The notes below the pieces were generated by a model, which was not told the DNA's origin, ran no database searches, and worked only from the letters and a program-made list of their open reading frames with translations. Position numbers and translations under genes: made by a program. DNA of 53,714 nt from Eubacteriales bacterium (GTDB lineage Bacteria; Bacillota; Clostridia; Oscillospirales; JAAYXM01). Positions 8,729 through 18,186 of the stretch are shown piece after piece; the first letter of the stretch is position 1, and each line of letters opens with the position of its first letter. The stretch covers positions 1 to 53,714 of the forward strand of contig JAZQSI010000021.1 of the NCBI GenBank assembly GCA_045629985.1, in the 5' to 3' direction.

Positions 8729-9622
8729 TTATTCAACCGTCTTGATTCCAACTTCGTTAAGAGCTTTCCTGAGAAGCTCAACATTTGACGGAGCCATCTC
8801 ATAGAGCGGCATACGCAAATATCCGTTATCCATACCCATAAGCTTGAGAGCAGTTTTTACAGGAATCGGATTTACTTCACAGAACAATGCGTCAGAAATG
8901 TTATAATAGTCAAGCTGGAGCTTTGCAGCTGTCTTAAAATCACCATCAAGGCAACACTTGCACATTTTAGCAACAACATCAGGAAGAATATTTGCAACAA
9001 CAGAGATTACTCCGACCGCACCAAGAGACATAAGCGGAACAACCTGGTCATCGTTACCTGACCACATAAACATATTGTCTCCGCACTTGCTGAGAGTTTC
9101 AGCGACGAGTGAAAAATCTCCGCTTGCTTCTTTAATACCATTGATGTTCGGGTGTTTTGCAAGCTCCGCATAAGTATCCGCCTTAAAAGAAACACCTGTA
9201 CGTGACGGAACATTATAAAGGATTATAGGCTTGTTTACTCGGTCTGCAACATACTCATAGTGCTTGACAAGTCCGCGCTGAGTGGTCTTGTTGTAGTACG
9301 GAGTGACCATCAAAAGGCCGTCAACACCTGCATCTTCAGCAAATTTTGAAAGCTCAAGTGCAAACTCTGTATCATTGCTTCCTGTTCCCGCAATAACAGG
9401 AACACGACCAGCAACCTTCTTAACACTATATTCGATGACTTCGCAATGCTCTTCATGCGAAAGAGTTGCAGATTCTCCGGTAGTTCCGCAAACCGTTATA
9501 GCATCAATACCGTTCGCAATCTGGAACTCGATAAGCTCACCAAACTTTTCGTAATTTACGCCATTTTCGGTAAGCGGTGTAACGATCGCAACATTTGCAC
9601 CTGTAAAAACAGGAGTTTTCAT
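8729..9622 (-). CDS. dapA: 4-hydroxy-tetrahydrodipicolinate synthase
   Basis: Motifs GTTGESATLS, YNVPSRTG and GIKEASGD (active-site Lys). 297 aa. Confidence 0.93.
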   Translation of the reverse strand: MKTPVFTGANVAIVTPLTENGVNYEKFGELIEFQIANGIDAITVCGTTGESATLSHEEHCEVIEYSVKKVAGRVPVIAGTGSNDTEFALELSKFAEDAGVDGLLMVTPYYNKTTQRGLVKHYEYVADRVNKPIILYNVPSRTGVSFKADTYAELAKHPNINGIKEASGDFSLVAETLSKCGDNMFMWSGNDDQVVPLMSLGAVGVISVVANILPDVVAKMCKCCLDGDFKTAAKLQLDYYNISDALFCEVNPIPVKTALKLMGMDNGYLRMPLYEMAPSNVELLRKALNEVGIKTVE

Positions 9623-9649
9623 AACAAATCTTCCTCTCTAAAAATGCGT

Positions 9650-10732
9650 TTAGTCCATATATCCTTCTGCACAGAGAAGCTCTGCAAGCAACACTGCACC
9701 ACCTGCAGCGCCGCGGAGAGTATTGTGAGCAAGACAGATGAACTTCAAATCAAACTGTGTGTCCTCACGAAGTCGACCTACTGAAACCGCCATACCGTTT
9801 TCAAGCTCACGTTCACTCTTTGTCTGCGGTCTGTCGTTTTCTTCAAAGTAGTACATGTACTGCTTCGGTGCGCTCGGGAGACCAAGCTCCTGCGGACGAC
9901 CCTTGTATTCCTTGATAAGCTTTATTGCATTTTCAAGGTCAACCTTCTTTTCAAATGAAGCAAAAACAGCAGCCATATGTCCATCTGTAACAGGAACACG
10001 AATGCACTGTGCTGTGATTGACGGCTCCTCTGCCGGAACAATAACGCCATCCTGGTGAGTACCCCAAATCTTGAGCGGCTCACGCTCTGATTTTTCCTCT
10101 TCGCCACCAATGTACGGGATAACGTTATCAACCATTTCAGGCCAACGCTCAAATGTTTTACCTGCGCCGGAAATTGCCTGATATGTGCAAGCGAGAGCTT
10201 TCTTAAGGCCGTATTCTGCATTGAGCGCAGTAAGAACCGGAACATAGCCCTGAATAGAGCAATTTGACTTTACTGCGATAAATCCGCGCTTTGTTCCAAG
10301 ACGTGAACGCTGGTCCTTTATAACCTCGATGTGGTCCGGGTTAACTTCCGGAATAACCATCGGAACGTCCGGAGTCCATCTGTGTGCGCTGTTATTTGAA
10401 ACAACCGGGCATTCTGCCTTTGCATAACGCTCTTCAAGTGCGCGAATTTCATCCTTCGGCATATCAACAGCACAGAAGACAAAATCAACCGCTGCCGCAA
10501 TCTTTTCGACATCTGAACCTGCATCATAGACAACCATAGACTTCAGGTTCTCCGGAACAGGAGAAGTCATAGCCCAACGTGAACCGAGAGCTTCTTCGTA
10601 TGTTTTTCCTGCAGATCGACCACTCGCTGCAAGAGCCTTTACCTTAAACCAGGGATGATTTGCAAGAAGCAACGCAAAGCGCTGTCCTACCATACCTGTA
10701 CATCCAATAATACCTACGTTGTACGTCTTCAT
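9650..10732 (-). CDS. asd: Aspartate-semialdehyde dehydrogenase
   Basis: N-terminal GCTGMVGQRF, active-site SNCS (NCSIQG), and C-terminal DNTLRGAAG-like HNTLRGAAGGAV. It is first in the asd-dapA-dapB string. Confidence 0.92.
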   Translation of the reverse strand: MKTYNVGIIGCTGMVGQRFALLLANHPWFKVKALAASGRSAGKTYEEALGSRWAMTSPVPENLKSMVVYDAGSDVEKIAAAVDFVFCAVDMPKDEIRALEERYAKAECPVVSNNSAHRWTPDVPMVIPEVNPDHIEVIKDQRSRLGTKRGFIAVKSNCSIQGYVPVLTALNAEYGLKKALACTYQAISGAGKTFERWPEMVDNVIPYIGGEEEKSEREPLKIWGTHQDGVIVPAEEPSITAQCIRVPVTDGHMAAVFASFEKKVDLENAIKLIKEYKGRPQELGLPSAPKQYMYYFEENDRPQTKSERELENGMAVSVGRLREDTQFDLKFICLAHNTLRGAAGGAVLLAELLCAEGYMD

Positions 10733-10810
10733 AAAAAACCTCCGTATTTTACTAATACACTACATCCTATGCAAAAGTTTTCAATCTTTGCAAATCAAGA
10801 GAAATACATA

Positions 10811-10839
10811 TTGAAAAAAAAGCCGGGCTGTAATATAAT
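10811..10839 (+). promoter_or_regulatory. Candidate sigma-A promoter for queA-tgt
   Basis: TTGAAA (10811-10816), exactly 17-nt spacer, consensus TATAAT (10834-10839). Confidence 0.55.
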
Positions 10840-10933
10840 TTATAGTAATGTCTATTGTATGATAATACCACACAAACACCCGTAATGTCAATAATTACGA
10901 CAACAAAAACACAGAAAGAAAAGGGTTTTTTTG

Positions 10934-11956
10934 ATGAAAAAATCAGATTTTTATTTTGACCTTCCCGAGGAGCTTATAGCGCAGACTCCCATAGACAAAA
11001 GAGATGCTTCAAGGCTCCTCGTTCTTGACAAGGTTTCCGGAGATATTTCACACCGTCATTTTTCAGATATTCTCGGCGAATTAGGCCCCGGAGACTGTCT
11101 CGTTCTCAACGATTCACGTGTCATCCCTGCCCGTCTTTTCGGACAGAGAAAAACAGGCGGCGCAGTTGAAGTTCTTCTCCTTAAAGATCTCGGCAACAAC
11201 AAATGGGAAGCCCTCACCCGCCCAGGCAGAAAGACACACATCGGCGAAGAGATTTTTTTCGGAGACGGACTACTCAAAGCAACCGTCCGTGAAGAACTCG
11301 AAGATGGAAAACGAGTTGTAGAATTTTTATATACCGGCATCTTCCTCGAAATACTTGAAAAGCTCGGTGAAATGCCCCTTCCGCCGTACATTCATGAGAA
11401 GCTTGATAACCCCGAGCGTTACCAAACCGTTTACTCAAAAAACATTGGCTCTGCCGCAGCACCAACTGCAGGACTTCACTTTACAGACGAGCTTCTCGAA
11501 GCTCTCCGAAAAAAAGGTGTAAAAACAGCATTCGTCACTTTACATGTTGGACTCGGTACATTCCGACCGGTAAAGGCAGAAGCAATCGAAGACCACATTA
11601 TGCATTCTGAATATTTTGAAATCCCTGAAGAATCAAAGAAGATAATCGAAGAAACAAAAGCAGCAGGCGGACGCATAATCGCAGTAGGCACAACGTCTTG
11701 TCGCACACTGGAATCTGCTTTTTCAGAAGACGGAAAGATTGAAAAAAGCTTTGGCAACACAAGCATATTCATCTACCCCGGCTATAAGTTTAAGGCAGTG
11801 GATGCTCTCATAACAAACTTTCATCTTCCGGAAAGCACACTTATAATGCTTGTTTCAGCACTTGCAGGACGAGAAAACATTTTAAACGCATATAAGACCG
11901 CAATCGAAGAAAAATACCGTTTCTTCAGTTTCGGTGATGCAATGTTTATCAGATAA
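10934..11956 (+). CDS. queA: S-adenosylmethionine:tRNA ribosyltransferase-isomerase
   Basis: N-terminal [21 protein letters not shown], and [12 protein letters not shown]. It is followed by tgt. ATG 10934 is preferred over the ORF-track TTG 10931. Confidence 0.93.
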   Translation: MKKSDFYFDLPEELIAQTPIDKRDASRLLVLDKVSGDISHRHFSDILGELGPGDCLVLNDSRVIPARLFGQRKTGGAVEVLLLKDLGNNKWEALTRPGRKTHIGEEIFFGDGLLKATVREELEDGKRVVEFLYTGIFLEILEKLGEMPLPPYIHEKLDNPERYQTVYSKNIGSAAAPTAGLHFTDELLEALRKKGVKTAFVTLHVGLGTFRPVKAEAIEDHIMHSEYFEIPEESKKIIEETKAAGGRIIAVGTTSCRTLESAFSEDGKIEKSFGNTSIFIYPGYKFKAVDALITNFHLPESTLIMLVSALAGRENILNAYKTAIEEKYRFFSFGDAMFIR

Positions 11957-13102
<1,146 letters not shown>

Positions 13103-13175
13103 ACTTTTTCCACAATGTTGAAATCTGTCGTAAAAACAGATATAATAGTAATATAACCTTTTGAGAGGATTTATT

Positions 13176-14870
13176 ATGAAATTGAGAAAGTTTTTGATTT
13201 TAATCTCAGCCTTGTTTGCACTCTCTGTTGTTGCACTTGCCGCTCCCGAAGCAAACCCTACAGTCCGTGTAGGACTTTATTACGGCAACAACGCAATGAT
13301 TTCTGCAAACCTGCAGAATATTGACGGAATCGGCTACCGCTTCGGTTTCTTCGATTCCGCCCACAACTTTATAACACAGTTTACAGAAAATAGCACAAAC
13401 CGAATAAGTATGCTCAAGGACGCAAACATCTATTACCATGACGGAAAATTCTACGAATCCTCTGCCCCGTCTGGAAGCACACTCATCGGAGAATACCATA
13501 TCCAGCTGGATAGTGAATACTCTACACCCGAAGATGTTTCCGCAATGGTAACCTCACTTAACATCCAGGGTATCCCCGCATTTTCAGCAATCGAAAACGG
13601 AGTTTATAAAATCAGAATCGGCTCATACTTAAACTCAACACTTGCACAGACAGACACAACAAAATACACATACCTTGACTCCTGCACGGTTGTCGGTGGT
13701 AATCCGAAGTGCGTTACGGTTGTAAATACAGCAAACGGTCAGATTCTTTTCGAATACGACAACGATGTATATCTTGCGGTCTATCCGTCAATCGACGAAA
13801 GCATCATGCCGCTTACGTGGTTCAAAGGATATAAATACCACGGCGGTTTCCAGTACATGAGAGACGGCGGAAACATCTCGGTTATCAACTTTGTTCCCAT
13901 GCAGGAATATGTAAAAGGCGTTGTGCCGTACGAGATGTCAACAAGCTGGCCACTTGAAGCTCTCAAGGCGCAGGCGATGTGTGCACGTACATACGCCCTT
14001 TATAACTACGGCAAGCACGGAAAGAGCTTTGATGTCTGCGGAACTACCGACTGTCAGGTTTACAGCGGTGCAAACTCTGCAGGAGAAAATTCAGACCGTG
14101 CCGTTGATGAAACCTACGGCGCATATATCTTATATGACGGCAAACCAATAAACGCAGTTTTCTGCTCTTCAAACGGCGGTGCTACGGAAAACTCCGAGAA
14201 CGTATGGTCTGCAACTCTCCCCTATCTGCGCGGTGTTTACGATGACAACGAAGACCTTGACACCTGCACAAACGGACGTTGGCAATACGAATACTCTTCC
14301 GATGAACTCACATATATTCTCAACGCCAAAGGTTACCCTTGCACAAAAATTGTAAATATGTACGTCAAAAAATTCACCGACACGGGTAACGTCTATACCC
14401 TTACCCTTGTTGATTCAAGCGGCAAAGAGTTTGACTTCTCAAAAGAAAAAGCGAGAACAATCCTTTACAGCTCCACTTATAAAAAATATACGCACAGCCA
14501 ACGCTATACCGTAAAAAGAAAGGGCAGCGAGGACGATTCAAAGGCTCTCCTTTACATCAACAATGCTTACTCATCTGTAAACGCACTTACGGATTCCGTT
14601 TTCGCAGTGGGCGCAAGTGGAACGACGCAAGTTGCAACGGACTCCGTCTCCATTATTACAGCATCAGGAACGACTGAATTTAAGCCACAGACATCCACCC
14701 CGGCAAAACCAGTAGCGCAGGATGCCGTGTTCGTCGTGTCCGGCACAGGCTGGGGACACAACGTGGGCTTAAGCCAGAACGGTGCAAAAGCTATGGCTCT
14801 TCGCGGCGAACGAGCAGAAGATATCATCCATTTCTACTACACTGACGTAGAAATTTATCTCGCCCAGTAA
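13176..14870 (+). CDS. SpoIID/LytB-domain protein with extended N-terminal region (SPOR-like segment)
   Basis: Signal peptide MKLRKFLILISALFALSVVALA. The central/C-terminal part has EYVKGVVPYEM...EALKAQAMCARTYAL...CGTTDCQVY and GWGHNVGLSQNGA (SpoIID amidase-enhancer signature). The segment VYKIRIGSYLNSTLAQ resembles a SPOR fold. ATG 13176 lies 6 nt after GAGAGGA; the ORF-track start 13161 is a TTG. Confidence 0.8.
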   Translation: MKLRKFLILISALFALSVVALAAPEANPTVRVGLYYGNNAMISANLQNIDGIGYRFGFFDSAHNFITQFTENSTNRISMLKDANIYYHDGKFYESSAPSGSTLIGEYHIQLDSEYSTPEDVSAMVTSLNIQGIPAFSAIENGVYKIRIGSYLNSTLAQTDTTKYTYLDSCTVVGGNPKCVTVVNTANGQILFEYDNDVYLAVYPSIDESIMPLTWFKGYKYHGGFQYMRDGGNISVINFVPMQEYVKGVVPYEMSTSWPLEALKAQAMCARTYALYNYGKHGKSFDVCGTTDCQVYSGANSAGENSDRAVDETYGAYILYDGKPINAVFCSSNGGATENSENVWSATLPYLRGVYDDNEDLDTCTNGRWQYEYSSDELTYILNAKGYPCTKIVNMYVKKFTDTGNVYTLTLVDSSGKEFDFSKEKARTILYSSTYKKYTHSQRYTVKRKGSEDDSKALLYINNAYSSVNALTDSVFAVGASGTTQVATDSVSIITASGTTEFKPQTSTPAKPVAQDAVFVVSGTGWGHNVGLSQNGAKAMALRGERAEDIIHFYYTDVEIYLAQ

Positions 14871-14886
14871 TTTCTCAAAAATTCCC

Positions 14887-14915
14887 TTGCTTTTCTATTC
14901 CAAATTTAGTAGAAT
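14887..14915 (+). promoter_or_regulatory. Candidate sigma-A promoter for yajC
   Basis: TTGCTT (14887-14892), 17-nt spacer, TAGAAT (14910-14915). Confidence 0.5.
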
Positions 14916-14963
14916 ATATTTATGCGTCTTACAGGTCGCAAAACTATTTCAGAGGTGTTTAAT

Positions 14964-15443
14964 ATGAACAAGAAAAGAATACTTTCAATTTTGGCTCTCG
15001 TTTGCATCCTTGCTTCTCTTGCTACGGTTGCTTTCGCAGAGGGTGGCGAAGCTGCTGCAGCTACTGCTGAACAGGCTCCGTGGTACAGCGCAATTATCGG
15101 AAGCCCGATTTTCATGATTGTTATTATGATTGCAATCTTCTACTTCCTTCTCATCCGTCCCGAGAACAAGAAGAAGAAAGAAACAGCAAAAATGCGCGAC
15201 AGCCTCAAGGCCGGTGACAAGATCACAACTATCGGCGGTATCGTCGGTCGCATTGTAAAGGTCAAGGACGAAGAGCTCGTTATCGAATCAAGCACGGATA
15301 AGTCCAAGATCCGCATTATGAAGTGGGCAGTAAGCACTGTTGATAAGCCTGCTCCCGAAAAGAAGATAAAGGCAGAAGAAGCTATCGAAGAAACTGCAGA
15401 ACTTGAAGCTCCGGAAACTGCAAACGAAGCTGAAGAGAAATAA
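14964..15443 (+). CDS. yajC: Preprotein translocase subunit YajC (with acidic C-terminal extension)
   Basis: Single TM plus the conserved LIRPENKKKKE...L..GDKITTIGGIVGRIVKV motif. It follows queA-tgt as in Bacillus. ATG 14964 is preceded by GAGGTG. The ORF-track start 14922 would lie at the predicted transcription start. Confidence 0.85.
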   Translation: MNKKRILSILALVCILASLATVAFAEGGEAAAATAEQAPWYSAIIGSPIFMIVIMIAIFYFLLIRPENKKKKETAKMRDSLKAGDKITTIGGIVGRIVKVKDEELVIESSTDKSKIRIMKWAVSTVDKPAPEKKIKAEEAIEETAELEAPETANEAEEK

Positions 15444-15512
15444 TTTCATATCAGTAATTTTTAAAGAATCCTCCGAATAAACTTCTATACAAGCTTATTC
15501 GGAGGTATTTTT

Positions 15513-15926
15513 ATGAAGAAAAACGAAGAATCTGCAAAAAGTTTTAAAACACTGTTCACTACCCTTTTTCTTTTCTGCATAATAGGAATATGCATCTCTC
15601 TGCTTCTCTCCGCGCTCGGCACAGTCCTTGTTCTTACCGAGACTCTCCCCGTTGACTATATTTCGTATTTCTCGGCGTTTTCCGTCTTTGTCGGTTCGTT
15701 TGTAGCAAGCATGCTTTCCTGCAAAAAGCTCGGCAAACCTCTCTACACAGCACTCGCATCTGCAGTTTTGTTCATACTTATCCTCTTCCTCACCGGAGCA
15801 CTGCTGTACGGAAGAGCACTGCCTGAATCTTCTTTCATCTTTATTCTTGCCGCAGTCTTCCTTGGTGCTCTTTTGGGCGCCATATTATCTGCCGGCAAAA
15901 AAAGACGCAAGAAATCAAAAAAATGA
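15513..15926 (+). CDS. Small 4-TM membrane protein (YrzE/TIGR04086-like, by recollection)
   Basis: 137 aa, four hydrophobic helices, basic tail KKRRKKSKK, GGAGG RBS. The position after yajC is as in Bacilli. Confidence 0.5.
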   Translation: MKKNEESAKSFKTLFTTLFLFCIIGICISLLLSALGTVLVLTETLPVDYISYFSAFSVFVGSFVASMLSCKKLGKPLYTALASAVLFILILFLTGALLYGRALPESSFIFILAAVFLGALLGAILSAGKKRRKKSKK

Positions 15927-15940
15927 ATATTTCGTACCCA

Positions 15941-15990
15941 AAAACCCGAAAAGGTCCATATAGCCTTTATGCGGGTTTTCGTCTTTTTTA
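15941..15990 (+). terminator. Probable terminator
   Basis: Interrupted stem aaaacccg..aaagg / ccttt..cgggtttt. The T-run (tctttttt) begins 4 nt after the stem. Confidence 0.45.
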
Positions 15991-16053
15991 TAAGCTCAAA
16001 TTACTTCAAATCGTAAAAACAGCCGCCATTCGTGAACTTTTCTTACCCACGAC

Positions 16054-16082
16054 TTGACAAATAAGTTACAATAAGTTACAAT
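16054..16082 (+). promoter_or_regulatory. Candidate sigma-A promoter for the yabE-like gene
   Basis: Consensus TTGACA (16054-16059), 17-nt spacer, TACAAT (16077-16082). The spacer and -10 are built from the tandem direct repeat ATAAGTTACA x2. Confidence 0.6.
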
Positions 16083-16160
16083 AAGTAAAGTGCTTAGCTG
16101 AATTTGTAATAAATATGGAAGATAATTCTTATATTTCCATAACTACTCAAGGAGGCTATT

Positions 16161-17198
16161 ATGCAATCAAAAAATAACAACTCAATAAAGAAGCTTTTTT
16201 CTGCGTTCTTCAAAAAAGCTGTTATTTTCCTTTTGTTTATTCTTTTATCCGCACTGTGTTTTCTCGCTTTCCGCTCTGATTTAAACACATTTTTTGTCTA
16301 TGACGGAGACGTGAAGACAGTCTATAACAGCGAACAGTCAAAAACTGCCGATTTCATCGCAGAAGCAGGAATAGTTATCGGCGAGGATGAATACTTCGAT
16401 ATGCCGGAAGAAACTACGAACGGTAGCGCAGAAATCTACATCCGCAAAAAGAACGTCCTCACCCTCACGGTTGACGGCGAAGAAAAAACTTTATACGCAT
16501 TAAACGGCAAAAAGATTTCTGATGTTCTTTCAGAATATGGAATCACCTTGGACTCTGATGACAAAATTTCAGTTCCATTGACAAATGATGCCTCTGACGG
16601 TCTTTCTTTTGAAATCGTAAGAGTCGCATTCTCAACCGCAGAGGACACCGCATCTATCCCATTCACTACCGAAAAACGTTCCAACGCGAAGCTTGATAAA
16701 GGCAAATCGAGAGTAATCCAGGATGGTATTAAAGGCTCAAAGAAGCTTGTGTACTCTGTCAAAACAGAAAACGGCAAAGAAGTTTCGAGAGAGATCGTAT
16801 CTGAAGAAATAATCGCACAGCCTGTTATGAAAATCATAGAACAAGGCACGCGAGTTCCCGACACTTCAGGTGTCGTCAAGACATGGGCCGGTGAAACTCT
16901 TCAGTACAAGAAAGTTCTCAACATGACAGCTACTGCATACACGACAGAGCGCACATCTGACAAGGTAACCGCTACCGGGCAAATCGCACGTGTCGGACTT
17001 GTCGCCGTTGACAAGCGAGTTATCCCCCTTGGCTCAAAGCTTTATATCGTATCAGCCGACGGTAAGAGTTGGTGCTACGGAAAAGCTGTGGCAGCCGACA
17101 CCGGCGTTCGCGGGAACAAAATTGACCTTTTCTTTAACACACACAAGGAATGCATAAGCTTCGGCAGAAGAAAGGCAACTGTATATGTTCTGAAGTAA
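16161..17198 (+). CDS. YabE-like cell-wall protein (N-terminal TM, DUF348-like repeats, G5, C-terminal 3D/RlpA-like domain)
   Basis: The C-terminus ATAYTTERTSDKVTATGQIARVGLVAVDKRVIPLGSKLYI...AADTGVRGNKIDLFF is the 3D-domain signature. The central IKGSKKLVYSVKTENGKEVSREIVSEEII segment is G5-like. Location upstream of rsmA matches B. subtilis yabE. AAGGAGG RBS. Confidence 0.8.
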   Translation: MQSKNNNSIKKLFSAFFKKAVIFLLFILLSALCFLAFRSDLNTFFVYDGDVKTVYNSEQSKTADFIAEAGIVIGEDEYFDMPEETTNGSAEIYIRKKNVLTLTVDGEEKTLYALNGKKISDVLSEYGITLDSDDKISVPLTNDASDGLSFEIVRVAFSTAEDTASIPFTTEKRSNAKLDKGKSRVIQDGIKGSKKLVYSVKTENGKEVSREIVSEEIIAQPVMKIIEQGTRVPDTSGVVKTWAGETLQYKKVLNMTATAYTTERTSDKVTATGQIARVGLVAVDKRVIPLGSKLYIVSADGKSWCYGKAVAADTGVRGNKIDLFFNTHKECISFGRRKATVYVLK

Positions 17199-17240
17199 AA
17201 AAACAAGTCGTGGAAGTCCACGGCTTGTTTTTCTTCTTGC
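17199..17240 (+). terminator. Rho-independent terminator after the yabE-like gene
   Basis: 13-bp stem aaacaagtcgtgg / ccacggcttgttt (one G-U pair) with loop aagt, followed by ttcttctt. Confidence 0.7.
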
Positions 17241-17264
17241 GGATTTTGATAAAAATGTGTATAA
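17236..17264 (+). promoter_or_regulatory. Candidate sigma-A promoter for rsmA
   Basis: TTGCGG (17236-17241), 17-nt spacer, consensus TATAAT (17259-17264). Confidence 0.45.
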
Positions 17265-17294
17265 TATTTTTATCAAACGAATTGGAGTATTTTT

Positions 17295-18167
17295 ATGGAT
17301 CTCTTTTCTATCAAAAACATAAAAGCTATTCTGGAGCGACACGGCTTTCATTTTTCAAAGTCTCTCGGGCAGAACTTTCTCACCGAGCGCTGGGTTTGCG
17401 AGAACATTGTTTCGGAGTCTGAAGTTACAAAAGACGATGTTGTTCTTGAAATCGGACCGGGTATAGGTCCTCTCACTTCCGTCCTCGCAGAGAGTGCAGA
17501 GAAGGTTGTTGCAGTTGAGATTGACCGCGCACTTCTCCCCGTCCTTGACGAAACGCTCGCCGAATACAACAACGTTAAAATCATCAATTCAGATATAATG
17601 AAGTGTGACCTTACAAAACTTATTGAAGACGAGTTTGATGGTAAGAGACCGAAGGTTTGCGCCAATCTCCCCTATTATATCACCACTCCAATTATTTCAC
17701 ATCTGATTGAATCAAAGCATTTTTCATCTATCACAACTATGATTCAGAAAGAAGTCGCAGAACGTATCTGTGCCAAACCGAAAACTTCCGAATACGGTGC
17801 GTTTACGGTTTTTGTTCAATACTACGCAGAGCCTGAATTTCTCTTCAAGGTCTCTGCTGACTGCTTTATCCCCCAACCGAAGGTTGAATCTGCCGTTATA
17901 CGCCTTAATATGAGAGAGGCCCCGGCAGTCACTGTAAAGTCGGAAGACTTCTTCTTTAAGGTTGTCAAAGCTGCATTCGCACAAAGAAGAAAACAGCTTG
18001 CAAACAGCCTCCACTCAGCACTCAAGGAGATTATCGACAAAGAAGATATACTCAACATATTAACCTCACTCGGTCTCAAAACCACTGTCCGCGGAGAAGA
18101 GCTTTCAATAGAAGATTTTGCAAAACTCGCAGACGAGATTTATGAAGCAAAAACAGCCAAGTCCTAA
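17295..18167 (+). CDS. rsmA: 16S rRNA (adenine1518/1519-N6)-dimethyltransferase
   Basis: LGQNFL motif, SAM-binding EIGPGIGPLT, and NLPYYITTPI. 290 aa. Confidence 0.93.
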   Translation: MDLFSIKNIKAILERHGFHFSKSLGQNFLTERWVCENIVSESEVTKDDVVLEIGPGIGPLTSVLAESAEKVVAVEIDRALLPVLDETLAEYNNVKIINSDIMKCDLTKLIEDEFDGKRPKVCANLPYYITTPIISHLIESKHFSSITTMIQKEVAERICAKPKTSEYGAFTVFVQYYAEPEFLFKVSADCFIPQPKVESAVIRLNMREAPAVTVKSEDFFFKVVKAAFAQRRKQLANSLHSALKEIIDKEDILNILTSLGLKTTVRGEELSIEDFAKLADEIYEAKTAKS

Positions 18168-18186
18168 GACTTGGCTGTTTTTATTT
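18149..18186. terminator. Bidirectional hairpin terminator embedded in the overlapping 3' ends of rsmA and recN
   Basis: aaaaacagccaagtc-ctaa-gacttggctgttttt. The 4-nt loop holds both stop codons: TAA 18165-18167 for rsmA and TAG (complement of 18164-18166) for recN. Confidence 0.7.

Noticed and set aside
10733-10930. Possible lysine (L-box) riboswitch upstream of asd-dapA-dapB, or preQ1 element upstream of queA
   Set aside because: The 198-nt divergent spacer must hold two promoters. It is A/T-rich with no extended helices and none of the conserved L-box or preQ1 core sequences I can recall.
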